From NCBI GenBank assembly GCA_951406725.2, contig OX597837.1, positions 1,116,001 through 1,180,000 of the forward strand: 64,000 bases of DNA. The letters run 5' to 3'. Positions 24,936 to 39,512 of this stretch are shown in pieces; within the stretch, counting starts at the first letter, position 1, and each line of letters opens with the position of its first letter. The translations under genes and the position numbers were made by a program. The stretch comes from Octopus vulgaris (taxonomy: Eukaryota). The notes beneath the pieces were generated by a model that did not search any database, was not told the DNA's origin, and was given only the letters and a program-made list of their open reading frames with translations.

Positions 24936-25415
24936 CATACAAACGGAGAGAGTGCTAGACAATAAACGGTGCTGATAAAGCAACATCTGTCTCAGTTATG
25001 ATACAATATGGTAAAAATATGCTAAAACGAAAGAAAAATGGAAGAATTATTCTTTCCGCTAAATTTCCATCTTCCATTCTTGCAGACTTTCATGTAATTT
25101 GTTATGTTGTTGTGGTGGTGGTGGTTTGGGCGTTAGTATTAGTGGTCGTCTTGGTTTAGATTTCGTTTTTCTTGCCATTTGTTGTTGTGGTGGTGGTGGT
25201 GCCGGCTGTTGTTTTTGTTTTCTTGATTGCGAAGGTTTCCGTTCTGTAGAGTTGTATATTTGGCATTTTAAATCTAGCTACGCAAATTTCTCACCACCAC
25301 GAAACACACACGCACAATATACCAACGCACATATAGATACGAACACCCACGTGTGTGTGTGTATGTATGCGTGTGTGTGAATAGACACACACACACACAC
25401 ACAAACACACACACC

Positions 25416-26115
<700 letters not shown>

Positions 26116-26153
26116 TGTTATGCACATACACATACACACACACACACACCACA

Positions 26154-26206
<53 letters not shown>

Positions 26207-26318
26207 CTTTATCTGTGTTGTAACATTTATATGTTAGAGTTTATTGTAAAGGAAAGAAATCGAGTGAAGCTTAGTGAGAAAAGACGGTCTGTATTATGGA
26301 ACACTGGTTTGTAGTATG

Positions 26319-26364
<46 letters not shown>

Positions 26365-26643
26365 TCACACACATATATATATTACACACTCGTGGTGTGT
26401 ACGTGTGTTTCGATGTTCGTAAATTGTCGGTGGGATTAAAGAGATTCTATAAGAGATTAGCTTGTCGTGCGCAATACGATCTGTATAGTCTTCTTACAAA
26501 ACCCTGTAAACATAAGCATATCTAATATACACTCACCTGCAGATGGATAATAAACAGCGCTGAGATAATGATGTATGACATACAGAAACACACAAACACC
26601 TCTTTTACTCATTCTTATATTTCACTTTTTATATATGGCATAC

Positions 26644-26676
<33 letters not shown>

Positions 26677-26699
26677 CATACATACATACATACATACAT

Positions 26700-26748
<49 letters not shown>

Positions 26749-26763
26749 CACACACACACGCAC

Positions 26764-26811
<48 letters not shown>

Positions 26812-26824
26812 GTATGCGTACACT

Positions 26825-27029
26825 TTTTTACTTGCTTCAGTCTTTTTTTTTTGCGGCAATACTGGAAGACCGCCTTACAGGGTTTTAGTCGAAGAAATTG
26901 ACTCCATGACTTAATCTTTATAAACCTAGCACTTATTCTATCGCTAAGTTACGGGGACGTAAACACACCACCATCGGCTGTCAAGCGATATTCATGGGTG
27001 AAACACAGACGCACAAACATACACTCCCC

Positions 27030-27073
<44 letters not shown>

Positions 27074-27215
27074 GGCGGGCTTCTTTCAGTTTCCATCTAG
27101 CAAATCCGCTCACAAGTCTTCGGCCGGCTAGAATCTATAGTAGAAGACACTTGCCTAAAGTGCCACGCAGAACCATGTGGTTGATAGCAAGATACCAGAC
27201 AACCACTCATGCGCC
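26825..27215 (-). mobile_element. SINE family A, diverged
   Basis: AAGTTACGGGGACGTAAACAC and GAAGACACTTGCCTAAAGTGCCACGCAG on the plus strand. Confidence 0.8.
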
Positions 27216-27452
27216 TTATAGCCAATCCTATATCGTTGGATGATGGGTTAGCTGGCCGAAACTTCAAAGTTACTGTCGATAATATTCTTGTTTCGAAATG
27301 ATAGATTTCTACTCTACAAAAGTATGGAGTGACCCATCAGATTAATTCCAAATTGTTTTTATTATAATTGAACATTAAAAAAAAGGCATCAATATATATC
27401 AATATATCTATATTGTGTGTGATAGGCGCAGGAGATCCTTACAATTTCGCGC

Positions 27453-27525
<73 letters not shown>

Positions 27526-28099
27526 GTAGTTCTGATGAGTACCCTCAAACCCTCCCACAATATCCAGCAAGCTGAACCAAGTGGTTAGCCTATTTAGAAC
27601 TAAAAATAAAATCTGTTCAAACAACGGTAGATCAGGCGGAGGAAGGTAGTTCCCCGAACTCAACGATTGATCCTTCCCAGAAGCCAATGCTAGACGGACT
27701 GGCTGGAAAGGCGCAACTCTAATGACATTGGAGCTTGCAATAATCGTTGCAACCCACTTCCGGACTTTGCATGTCACTCCAGGTAGTGCCGCGACAGAAT
27801 GATTTTGGCAAGGAGACCTCAACTCTAAACAAACTCACGCCATTGGCTGGTTTATTTTTGATCCAGCTCTCCCGCCGCTTTTTTTCTTAGAAAAGCCCAA
27901 CGGCGATGGAGTAAGGATTGTGGGAGCAGGTTTTGGTGAAACTAGAAGCTCCTAGATCGGACCTGCACGTTGGCAGCAGATGCAAAATGGTCGCCTTCTT
28001 TAGACCTGGTGACAACCCAAGTACTCAGTCCTTCGTCTGCGACTGGGCAGACCTATTTGGGAACACCGCTGCTCACCCTGAATGGGGAATGCTCTAGAA

Positions 28100-28335
28100 T
28101 ATATATATATACATACATGTGTGTCTTTGTGTCAATGCTTGTCCCGCACCACCGCTTGACAACTGGAGTTGTTTTGTTTACGTCCCCGTAACATAGCGGT
28201 TCGCTAAAGATAGACCGATATTTTAAGTATCAGACTTAAAGAGTTAAGTACTGGGGTCGATTCATGCAAGTAAAAGTTCTTCAAGGTGGTGCCCCAGCAT
28301 GGCCGTAGTCTAATGACTGAAACAGATAAAAGATA
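28100..28335 (+). mobile_element. SINE family A, 3' half
   Basis: CGCTTGACAAC...TTTACGTCCCCGTAAC...GCCCCAGCATGGCCGTAGTCTAATGACTGAAACA. Confidence 0.85.
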
Positions 28336-28822
28336 ATACGTTCTACGTTCAATTCCCTTCTAGGTCAGCTTCTCACGAAAAAGTACCATCTTCGTAATGA
28401 ATTCTCTGATATCGAATAGAAACTTCTCAAAGTTGCGGCCTTGTGATTAAATCGGAAACAATCAGCTGCAGTGGCAGCGGCAGCAGTGATGTTGGGAATA
28501 GGAATTAGCATAGGATATATGTACGTTCGCGAAATGTGTTTGTTTGTGTGTGTTTGGATATTTCTGTGTCTTTGACAGCTAGTTCCTCTCTAAATGCTCT
28601 CCAAACGACGTGATTAATTCCATAAAGAATATTGGTACAACCTTGCTTTTAATCCGTACAACAATATTATATTCGACATCATCTGTAGAATTACAATTTT
28701 GGTTTGAGGAATAACGTTGATAGCTCCATGTTAGCAGGTCTGTATACACCACTCTCTGCGTTTATATGCATATGTGTGAGTGTATGTATGTATGTATGTA
28801 TGTATGTATGTATGTATATATG

Positions 28823-28898
<76 letters not shown>

Positions 28899-29113
28899 AA
28901 GAAATGTGTGTGTGTTTTTGTGTACGTACACGTGTGTGTGTAAATGTGTATGCACACAACACACATTAACTGACAGAAGGCTACATATATATACACACGC
29001 ACATACTCGAATATGTAGCTATATGCCTGGATGGTATATGTATGCATATGTATATGAGTGTGTGTCTACATACATACATATATTTCCCTACATTTTTATG
29101 ATCATATATTTCA

Positions 29114-29163
<50 letters not shown>

Positions 29164-29845
29164 CATGTAGTGTGTGTACACACACATTTGTGTTTACAAT
29201 ATATATAGACACACACACATATATGAAACATATGTATGTGAAAATACGCATATGATTGTGTGTGTTTGGTTATTTACTCTGTTTGATGTCTATTTGTTTT
29301 GATGATGAAGACTACACTCATATGCAGATTTCTACGAACTATAAAGAATAAAAGGGAAAGAAAAAGTGAAACAAAACCGCCAAAACCAAAGAGAGAAGAA
29401 GGTACAAAGTGACAACAATAATCAAAAACAAAAAAAAAAGAGGAAAAAGAAAATTCTAGAAACACAAATGACCGACGAAACAATATGGCCGCCCAAACAA
29501 GTCGTCCATTGTTGTTGGACGCTGTTGAAGAAACTAGAAGCGACAGATTTTTAAGAGTTTATTTACATATGTCAGAGCAATTATCTCATTCAATCACTAA
29601 CATTCTGAGTTGCGTTCAACAATAAAGCCATTCGCCTGATCGATAAATCCGCCTTTATTGAATAAATATTCAATTCTTTGTAACGTATCACCATGGTCGT
29701 TGCCGCTATCGCCATTGCCGTCACCGTCGCTGGCGTCATCGTGTATATCATTATTCCGAGCCGATCGTCATCGTTATCATCATCATCATCGTCATAAAAC
29801 TCATCGCCCTCGTTGCCATTGCTTACATTTTTACCATTACTATAA

Positions 29846-29926
29846 TCTTCTTCTTCTTCTTCTTCTTCTTCTTCTTCTTCTTCTTCTTCTTCTTCTTCTT
29901 CTTCTTCTTCTTCTTCTTCTTCTTCT
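29846..29926. repeat. (CTT)n trinucleotide repeat within a (CAT)n-rich low-complexity region
   Basis: Directly visible. Confidence 0.95.
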
Positions 29927-30714
29927 ATATCTTCACCATACTTGTCATGATTCCTCACAGTCAACCATCTCTCTCTCGTCATAACCATTATCATCATAAC
30001 ATCGTCATCTTTGTCGTCGTCGTCCTCATAACTATCATAATCATCATCAGTATCACCACCGTATTGATGATGATGTTGACCATGATCATGATCATCATGA
30101 TCATGATCATCATGATCATCATGATCATCATCACCATCATCATCATCTCCGTCATCATCATTATTTCTTATCATCGTTATACAATATGTTAACATATTTG
30201 GATGGGAAGAAACGATGTGAATGCAAAGAAATATCTCTTGTGTTCGGCCATTTCACTGAAGTAAAGTTTTCCGTGGTTCGACCTCTTGCCACATTTTTAT
30301 GTATCTCGACTTGCCGTTGAGACATACAGCACAATCGTGTCCCTGCCGCCGTACACGTGGCTTCTCATTACGTTTAGGGAAGAAACTTGGGATTTACATC
30401 TGCAGCGATGAGATAAGGAATTGGAGCCTAGAATGTGGAATTTAATGTTTCTTTCGTAGTCAGCGGGGAAGGTCGTGTACTTGGTAGGTTAGAAGGCCCC
30501 GAGACCGTTGAGTGTGTGGCTAGTGTCCTTTTCTCAAAGAACTGGGTGGTCTCCTTTTCTGGATTACCCAGCTGGAATGCTTCCTAGAGCTTCTTAAAGT
30601 GGGAACCCATATACCATTAAGTTGTAGGAATTCTTTGATAAAATTTTTAAAAAATATATTTTGTACAACATTGATAGTCAAAATAGGTTTTGCTTCACTT
30701 AAGATCGTATGGGT

Positions 30715-31020
30715 CAAAGCGCGTGGTCAAGTTGTTATGGTGTTTGGCTCATTGTTATAAGGTCGTGGGTTCAAATCCTGAACCAGGTGTAGTGTTGTAT
30801 CCTTAATCAAGGCACTCCATTTCATCTTACTTAGCTCTCTCTCTCTCTCTCTCTCTCGCTGTCACATCCTGGATCTTTTCGCCGGATTACCTGTGAAGGA
30901 TTTTATGTCTGCTTGCAACTATATAAGCAGCGAAAACAATTAACGAATGCATGACTGTTATCATTAATTCTACTCGCTCGTAAGTGACGGCTGGTTGTTC
31001 AGTGCTGTACACGTCTCATT
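30715..31020 (+). mobile_element. Degenerate SINE of the C-related group
   Basis: tRNA-like head GGTCGTGGGTTCAAATCCTG, then CCTTAATCAAGGCACT. Confidence 0.55.
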
Positions 31021-31721
31021 AAAATGAGAGAGACTGCAGTTGTTCGTAGATATAGAAGGTTGTCCATAAATTATCATTCCAAAATTATTGGAAATACCCG
31101 ATAAGGGTTCCACGACAGGATGTTAGGCAAACCACTGCTCTGTAACACTCTTCTAAGGTAATTCCTGCAACTTGGAGACAAGAACATTCCAAGGTGCCTT
31201 CTCAATCTCACAAAAGGCAGATTCAAAATTGAAGGATTGTTTTCATGAAAGCGATAAAGAGGGGGAGAGATTAATAAGAGAAAGAGAGAGAGAGATAGAG
31301 AGAGAAAGGAGGGAGACAGAGAGAGAACCTAACCCGTATCTAACTACCTCCGGATACTTCTTAGTAATTAAATTGTCGTTAATTAAATTAATGGCGATAA
31401 TTTAAATCCTCACCCCCGTCCCCGCTTAGTTTACATCACAATTTCTCTTCCTTCTTTCTATGGTGTTGCAATGAAATATGACAAAAATTAATTTTTAATA
31501 TTTCCCTCACCTTATTTGGATGTGGGTGTATTTGTGTGTGTGTATATATATGTGTGGGGAGTTGTCTGTATGTATATATATATATATGTGTATACGTGTA
31601 TATTATGTGTATATACGTGTACATTGTATGTGTATATGAATGCGTAGTGTTTATATGTAGGTGTATTTGTATGGGTTTGTAAACGTGTATGCACTGCGTA
31701 TATCCATGTATGTGTGGATTA

Positions 31722-31763
<42 letters not shown>

Positions 31764-32817
31764 CATATATGCGAGTGTATGTATATATGTGAGCATGTGT
31801 GTTAAGGTGTGTATAATAACTTATTGATTGATATTGAAATGACTTATCTCCCTCATTCCTGTCCCCCTCCCCCGCCAAACACACACGCTCACAGAAACTC
31901 TTATTTTTCAATTTTTTCAATATTTCATTTCGTTGACATATATAATTTTAATGGCGGAACTTACGCTGACGTTAATTTCTCGTTAAATTCGCGTTTTGAC
32001 ATTCATCCCTGCCCCTAACATCAAACATCATCATCATCATCATCAGAAACACCACCAGCACCACCTCCACCACCGGTAGCAACAAAAGACGCAAACACAA
32101 CAACAGAACCATAAAGTAGTCCCACCACCACCACCACCACCACCACTATCACCACCACCACCACCACTATCACCACCACCACCACCACCACCACCACCAC
32201 CACCACCACCACCACTACCATCACAAACACTAACAACATCATTACCAACAACAACAGCAAAAATAATTATGGTACGATGGCACCATGTTCAACATCGTCA
32301 TCATTATCAACGTTGCGGGCCGCCATCACATGACAGCCGTATCACATGACAACCGCCAAAACAGAAAACGAAAAAATGTTAGAAAATAAGAAACAAATCG
32401 TTTATTTTTTAATATTTGAAACTTCGATGTCCAAAACTATCTTCGCTGCCTCCCCCCTCGCCTCTACCCCGCCCATCATTTATTCAATCACCCCTCCAAC
32501 CATATCTTTTCGTTGGTTTAGTCTTTTAGTCATCAATCTAGAGAACTTATGTCTCCTGTTAATCCGGGCAGGAATTACGAAAAAAAAATAGAAAAAATAG
32601 AAATAAAGGTAAATAATCAAAAATAAATATAAATAAATAATCATTCATAAGAAACTAATAATGCTCGGCAGAGAAGGAGGAACGAAAGATAGGAATAGCG
32701 TAGTTTGTCCAGAGTTTTGTGACACAAATATATAAACACATACTTAACTGCAAACACTCATACACATGCATTTACACACACACACACACATAACACATGC
32801 ATACATTCATACCTCTA

Positions 32818-32850
<33 letters not shown>

Positions 32851-32949
32851 TCATGTATGCTTATAGCCATACTTACAGACATGCAAGCACACATGCATTC
32901 ATAGCTACACACACACACACACACACAGATATTTACATGTAGACAAATT

Positions 32950-33138
32950 AGCCGAGTGGTTAGACCCCTAGTTAGAATACCTGATGAAATTTTATCCGGT
33001 GTTCGAATTTTGTCGAGGCCAGCTGTGGCCTTTCGCACTTTCAGGGTCGATAAAAAGAGCCAGTCCAGATTGATGGAATTTTTTAGATGCTTTGCGCCAT
33101 CTATTCTGGCTCTCTGTGTTTTGAGTTCAAATCTCACA
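32950..33138 (+). mobile_element. SINE family B, degenerate
   Basis: GTTCGAATTTTGTCGAGG...GCCTTTC...GGGTCGATAAAA and TTGAGTTCAAATCTCAC. Confidence 0.55.
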
Positions 33139-33239
33139 TAGTGTCAGTGTGTCATGAATTACAAAGAGCAGAGAAACTAACATGGCCATATAAGGGTGTT
33201 TAGTTCGTTTGGAAGATCAGTTGCGGTGCGGTGATATTT

Positions 33240-33565
33240 CTTCTTCTCTTGTTTGCTGGGGGCCAATGCCTTAAATAGTTTAATCGAACAAATAGCTCCA
33301 GAGTTTATTTTTTAAGACTGGTGCTTGTATCGATCTCTTTTGCTCAAACAAATCAACACCAACTGTCAAGCAGTGTTGTAGGGCAAACACACACATACAC
33401 ACATGAAAGGCTTCCACACAGTTTCCATCTATGAAGTTATTTCACAAGGTACTGATCGATCCAGAACTATAGAAGAACAAACTGGGCCTATGGTGTCGCG
33501 CAGTGGGATTGAACGCGAAACCAGGCGGTTGCAAAGCGAGCTCCTTAACGGCACAGCCGTGCATG
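33240..33565 (-). mobile_element. SINE family A, highly diverged
   Basis: AACACCAACTGTCAAGCAGTG, CAGTTTCCATCTA and GCAGTGGGATTGAAC. Confidence 0.6.
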
Positions 33566-34020
33566 CGCTCATATATACATACACACATGTGTGAGAAAGA
33601 CTGTGATGGGTAGCGAGGACTCATTTACAATTTTTAGTGGAATAATTCTTTTTGGGAATATCTTGAAGAACGGGACACGGGCAGCCTTCATTTTTTCCTC
33701 TCCAAAACGGTTTTACTACCCATTATTTATAGCTTTATGTGTTTGCTTCGAGACATTCCAAAACAGAATTATTTTACGTTCTCTCGAGAGTTTATAAATT
33801 TTTCTTTATGACGTCAACAACATTTCGTATTTAAAAATTTTCTTCCATCTCAAATCATTCTCTATAAGAATAAATTGAGTGAAAGGTTAAAATCGTCATG
33901 GAATCCTTGAATCAAATGACTCTTCTGTTCTCTCTATCTGCCAGTCGCTGAGGTCAGGTATGACCGAATGAAACGAAGTCCAAGACAAATCTACAATCCT
34001 CTCTGTTGAACCCTCTACTA

Positions 34021-34096
34021 GCATGTGCTAGCATGTGTGGTATATGCCACATGGAGCCTGCATGTGTGGCATAAGCTACATGATGTTAGCATGTGT
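34021..34096 (+). ncRNA. Candidate pre-miRNA-like hairpin
   Basis: ~30-bp stem with several G-U pairs, two small bulges and a 7-nt loop, in unique-looking sequence. Confidence 0.35.
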
Positions 34097-34369
34097 CAGG
34101 CACGTGCTGCAGAAACTTGCATAAAAGACAAATAGACAAAATTTGGAGAAACCAATGGAGTCGATGGAATGCAACAAAATAAAATATCGAAGTAAAAAAA
34201 AAATGAAAGCGCGAAAAGAAAAATGAAAATAAAGGAAAATGAAGAAGAAAAGACATGTGAACGAGTGAAAGGAAGAGGAAAAGATGAAATTAAGAGTAGC
34301 GGCAAACTGACAAAAAAAAAAAGACAAAAAACTTAGAAATAAGAAGGAAGAAAAATCAAACATCTAACA

Positions 34370-34394
34370 ATCACGTGATCCTAAGTCACGTGAC
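34370..34394. promoter_or_regulatory. Paired palindromic E-boxes (CLEAR/USF/MITF-TFE-type)
   Basis: ATCACGTGAT and GTCACGTGAC separated by 5 bp. Confidence 0.4.
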
Positions 34395-34953
34395 TCTATT
34401 TGAACAAACTGAATAAAAAGATGAAACTATTTACAAAATTAGGAATTGAAATTTACTGCAGTTTCTTTTACCGTCTCATCAGAAATAGTTATTTTACCGT
34501 TATTAGTATGGAAGAAAGAAACAACTAAAAAAAAAAAATACACAAAAACAATGAATGCTGGTTCAAATTGGAGGAAAAAAAATCAAGAAGTACTTTACTT
34601 TATCGACCCTGGAGGGACGAAAAGGAATTTTGAATTTTGCGGGATTTGAACTCGGAAATCAAAATACTTCCTATGATCTTGTAAACACATTTATGTCTAA
34701 CATTGATAGATGACTTCAAATTTAGATAAAATCAATGAAATCAATGTCAGCATTTCGATGCTACCTTATTTTATCCACCATCGAAATAACGAAGGGAAAA
34801 GATCGAAGTTGAAGACTTTCGAACTGCGAACCTATCGTCTCAGCTAAGCTTGAACGAGAATGAAAAGGAAAACCTTGCTTAAAATAACATTATTGGCCTA
34901 ATTATAGGAAGAGAAAATTACACCTGCTACGATGGATGTTGAATTGCAGCGGT

Positions 34954-35554
<601 letters not shown>

Positions 35555-36013
35555 CGCAGCACGACTAAACTTGAAAGCATTTGGTTGAGAGACGGTTTAG
35601 CCAGACGCGCGCATGTATTTCTCTATACTTCTTTTAATATAACTTTGCCATAGATACAAAACCCACAACAAAATGAGAGTGAAGACAACACACACACACA
35701 CACACACAGACACAACCATCAGTCCCCCCCCCCCATACATACAAGGATGTACATGATGCAAAAATACGGTAATTATATTATTATTCTACTTTTTTTGCAT
35801 GTCTGGCTGTTTTGTCCATGTGTTACGCCTGCGCCATGGGAGGCACCGACTGGCATGGAGAAATATATATAGAGAGAGGGAGGGAGGGAAGGGGTGAATA
35901 AGGAGAAGAATAAGAAGATTTAACTTATCAACTTTGGTGTTCAAACTGCAGGCAGGCGAAATGTTTAACATAATGAAACAATGTCATGAAAACCTATAAT
36001 TTATGCATTGATG

Positions 36014-36104
<91 letters not shown>
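36014..36104. repeat. Compound (GATA)n/(GACA)n array, left flank of the LINE
   Basis: Directly visible. Confidence 0.95.
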
Positions 36105-36105
<1 letters not shown>

Positions 36106-37372
36106 TGTTTCTTTATTAGCCACACAGGGCTGCACACAGATAGAACAAATTACAAGGTAGAGCTTTTCTTTTGAAGGTTTAAAAAAAAAAAAAAAAAAGG
36201 AAGGGGGAGTTTCGATCAAAAGGGATCGTAAAAGGAGAGAAAGAGGACAAAAAAAAGGGGGAGAGGAAAAAAAAAATTGATCAATAGGGATCGTTATCAC
36301 AGAAATGTCAATATGAAGTGTAAAGGGGAGGACAGGTGAGGTTTACCCGTGGAAAGAAAAGCCTACGGAAAAGACCACGGTAACCTCGGTCAATTAAGTC
36401 ACATTTTATATTTCTTTTTTTTTTTTTTTTGCAAATAAGCAACTCTCTGTTTTCGATTTCTGGGTTCATAGGACTATGCTCAAGGTGGCTTCGTCATTCA
36501 TACGTGCCATTCTTGCTACATTCACCCATCTTTTTTTAAAACATTCGCTAGACAAAACTTGCCTCTCTACTCTCACTTTCCTTTTCAAGTGGTACTTGAA
36601 GAAGTTGATGAGAGATTGACCAGAGAGGAAAGTGTTTGTCTCCAATCCTTTCAGACGCGTCCACCAGATACATTCTTTCGCCATAGCCACAAGGATGATG
36701 AAAATAGCTCTTCCTTCCCGTTTGAAGGAAGGAGGCGTGACAATATTGACGATAGACTCAGCTGATAAACCGACTCGTCCCACACGTGACAGCAGTTGTT
36801 CGACATAAGCCCACAGGTCGGAAATTGTTGGACACTGAACGAGTGCGTGCAGAACGGTTTCGTCGCTCTGACCGCATCTCGGGCAGGTCGGCCCCGTGTT
36901 TCTCGAGCCGTGTCTGTAGAGCTTATCCCGAACGGGTAGCGCTTCTCGGTAGCACTGCCAGGCCAGGGATCTCTGGAAGTTGTCCATGGGCCCTGGCCCG
37001 AAAGTCGTCCTGAACAGGCGGGTCAGGTACTCCTCGTCGACGTCCAGGTTCGCCCCGAGCTCGTCGTCGTACCTCCCCTCCACTAAACCCCTATAGAATG
37101 CTTTGGTTGTGTTGAAGTCACTTAAGGTCGACCCAGGACGGCAGAGTTGCTTGAGAGCAACGCGACACTCGCGGTGCCATTCGCCCTTCCTCGGCCTCTT
37201 TTTGATCCACGACTGCAGTTCGGTCATGGAGACGAGCTGCGGGAAAGCGTGCCTCACAAACGGCGACCACACCTGTTCACCGTCGTCTACATAGAGCCAG
37301 AGATGTCGCAGTCTCAGCGCGTGTCTGCGCATCATCAACCACGGCATGCCCAGCCCTCCTTTTAACGGGTGT
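36105..37372 (-). mobile_element. 5'-truncated L1/Tx1-like non-LTR retrotransposon (ORF2 C-terminus + 3'UTR)
   Basis: GC-rich block. The open frame runs from the truncation point ([10 protein letters not shown]...) to a stop at 36466. The ~360-bp 3'UTR ends ...GCCCTGTGTGGCTAATAAAGAAACA and runs into (TATC)n. GATA/GACA arrays lie on both sides. Confidence 0.9.
36466..37347 (-). CDS. C-terminal part of LINE ORF2 (post-RT region with zf-RVT CCHC zinc knuckle), 293 aa, partial
   Basis: GGLG motif just upstream of the first Met. [12 protein letters not shown] and [18 protein letters not shown] (Cx2C-x8-H-x4-C) are typical of the zf-RVT of L1/Tx1 clade elements. No stops or frameshifts. Confidence 0.85.
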   Translation of the reverse strand: MPWLMMRRHALRLRHLWLYVDDGEQVWSPFVRHAFPQLVSMTELQSWIKKRPRKGEWHRECRVALKQLCRPGSTLSDFNTTKAFYRGLVEGRYDDELGANLDVDEEYLTRLFRTTFGPGPMDNFQRSLAWQCYREALPVRDKLYRHGSRNTGPTCPRCGQSDETVLHALVQCPTISDLWAYVEQLLSRVGRVGLSAESIVNIVTPPSFKREGRAIFIILVAMAKECIWWTRLKGLETNTFLSGQSLINFFKYHLKRKVRVERQVLSSECFKKRWVNVARMARMNDEATLSIVL

Positions 37373-37373
37373 T

Positions 37374-37569
<196 letters not shown>

Positions 37570-38466
37570 TAGTGAAATAATCATAGGAAATAGCTGTGGA
37601 CGCTTATGTATTTCAGACCAAAGGCTATTGCCATGCTGGGGCACCACCAACATTCATTTAATTTTTCTTATGAGGTTTCAATGCTTATCGCTTATTATAA
37701 GAGTACACAGATGCAAAAGGGAATTCGGACATGATAGTTAATTAGCCAGGTAACTAACTAGCTGTCTAATTAACCATCATATCTGATACATAGATAAAAA
37801 GTGTAGGTGAGTCTACAGATATGCTAACAGATACAGAGAAATATTGATGTACAAATTGATAGGGTGAAATGAAGTGAAATGAAAATAATCTCAGTTGCTA
37901 AATAACATGGACTCAGCTTTGGTCGTGTTTGGGCAGAGAAAAGTGTAGATTTTATACACACATACACACACACACATACACATATGTTTAATTCATCTTT
38001 TATTTCCTTAAACTATAAAGAATGTCATATCAGTCAAACAAAGTGACAACGGCTTCTAAATACATTTTTTCAATTATATTTAAAAGTATCGTTTTGATGG
38101 CAGGAGATTTTTGAAAGTCTTGGCTTGTGTTTTTAAATAGGCTGACTCAGAGTGCGGAATTTCCAGAGCTCCAGCTAGTAAATATGAATATTAATATGAA
38201 AATTATATATAATATCAAATTAATATTCCTTCTTCTTAGTTTAGTTTGCATATTTTCATATTTATATTAAATTTCCAACATTTACACAAAATTAGAGATT
38301 CCTGTGATAAGGGGCAGTCGATTAAATCGACCACAGCACGTGACTAGTATTTTACTTTGTTAACGCTGGCAGGATGAAGAGTGAAGCTGATCTCTAAAAA
38401 TCTCACCTGGCATCCGACGCTCCAGCGATTCTACTTATTCACCGCACTTGAAGTAATAATGTAATG

Positions 38467-38789
38467 AAGGTGTGTAGTTAGGTGGTTAAGTCATTCGGCT
38501 CAAGATCGTAATGTCATGAGTTCGATTTCTAGTGGCATATTATGTCCTTCAGCAAGACTCTTCATTTCACGCTGCTACAGTCCAATCAGCAAGCAAAAAA
38601 AAAAGTGATGCCTGTTTTTCAAAGAGCCAGCCTTGTCCCATTCTGTGTCGCGCTGAATCTTCCTGAGAACTACGTTACGGGTCCACGTGCCTGTGGAGTG
38701 CTCAGCCCCTTGCACGTCAGTCTCAGGAGCAGGCTGTTTCGTTGATCGGATCAACTGGAACCCTCGTCGTCGTAACCGATGGAGTACCA
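38467..38789 (+). mobile_element. SINE with family C 3' half
   Basis: Head GAGTTCGATTTC...TCAGCAAGACTCTTCATTTCACG and tail GGAACCCTCGTCGTCGTAACCGATGGAGTACCAA. Confidence 0.85.
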
Positions 38790-39161
38790 ATAGTAATGGA
38801 TTTGAAAGGCACAAAGTTTCGAGTTTGGTGAGAGGTGCAGTCGAAAACTAAAGCAAAATCTAAAGTTGCAGGACTTGAGTTGGATTTTTGGGATTCGGTT
38901 TACAAAAAACACATCTTAGTCATGAAATAGTAATTAGCAATATTGGGTGTGTTCCCCTTGTGGGACTGATCGACATCATGTGTCATTCAGCCTCATCCTT
39001 CATGAAACCAAACACCGTCACGCCTTCTCTGTTTCACACCGATACCATTTGCGTTGTGTTTGATATCAACCAAGGAGTATTTAGGAAATGCTGTGTTTTG
39101 CCGCTGACGACAAACGAGGTATCGATTTCTTCCTCCCAGATGAGACGGACACATTTCGTAA

Positions 39162-39231
<70 letters not shown>

Positions 39232-39256
39232 GTATGTATGTATGTATGTATGTATG

Positions 39257-39311
<55 letters not shown>

Positions 39312-39469
39312 TTACATACACACATGTGTTTATACATACTCACATACATATGGTCGAGGGAAAAAAGTGTGTATCTGTCGATCAAACTGTATCAGATGTA
39401 CTTAGACACCGCTTGTCACAATGCGCTTCCATTGTTTCAGTAATTGCTGGCTTATTCTCGAACTCAAAC

Positions 39470-39512
<43 letters not shown>

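Noticed and set aside
29590-30195. 201-aa acidic/His-rich ORF on the minus strand
   Set aside because: Built from (GAT)n and (GAA)n repeats, with no domain signal or exon boundaries.
34449-34486. Minus-strand CUGAUGA...GAAA-CUGCAG-UA hammerhead-like order of motifs
   Set aside because: No stem II can form and stem I is marginal, so it is likely chance or too decayed to support.
38888-39163. Complex-sequence block that might be a transposase or exon fragment
   Set aside because: The frames examined contain stops or no recognisable motif.
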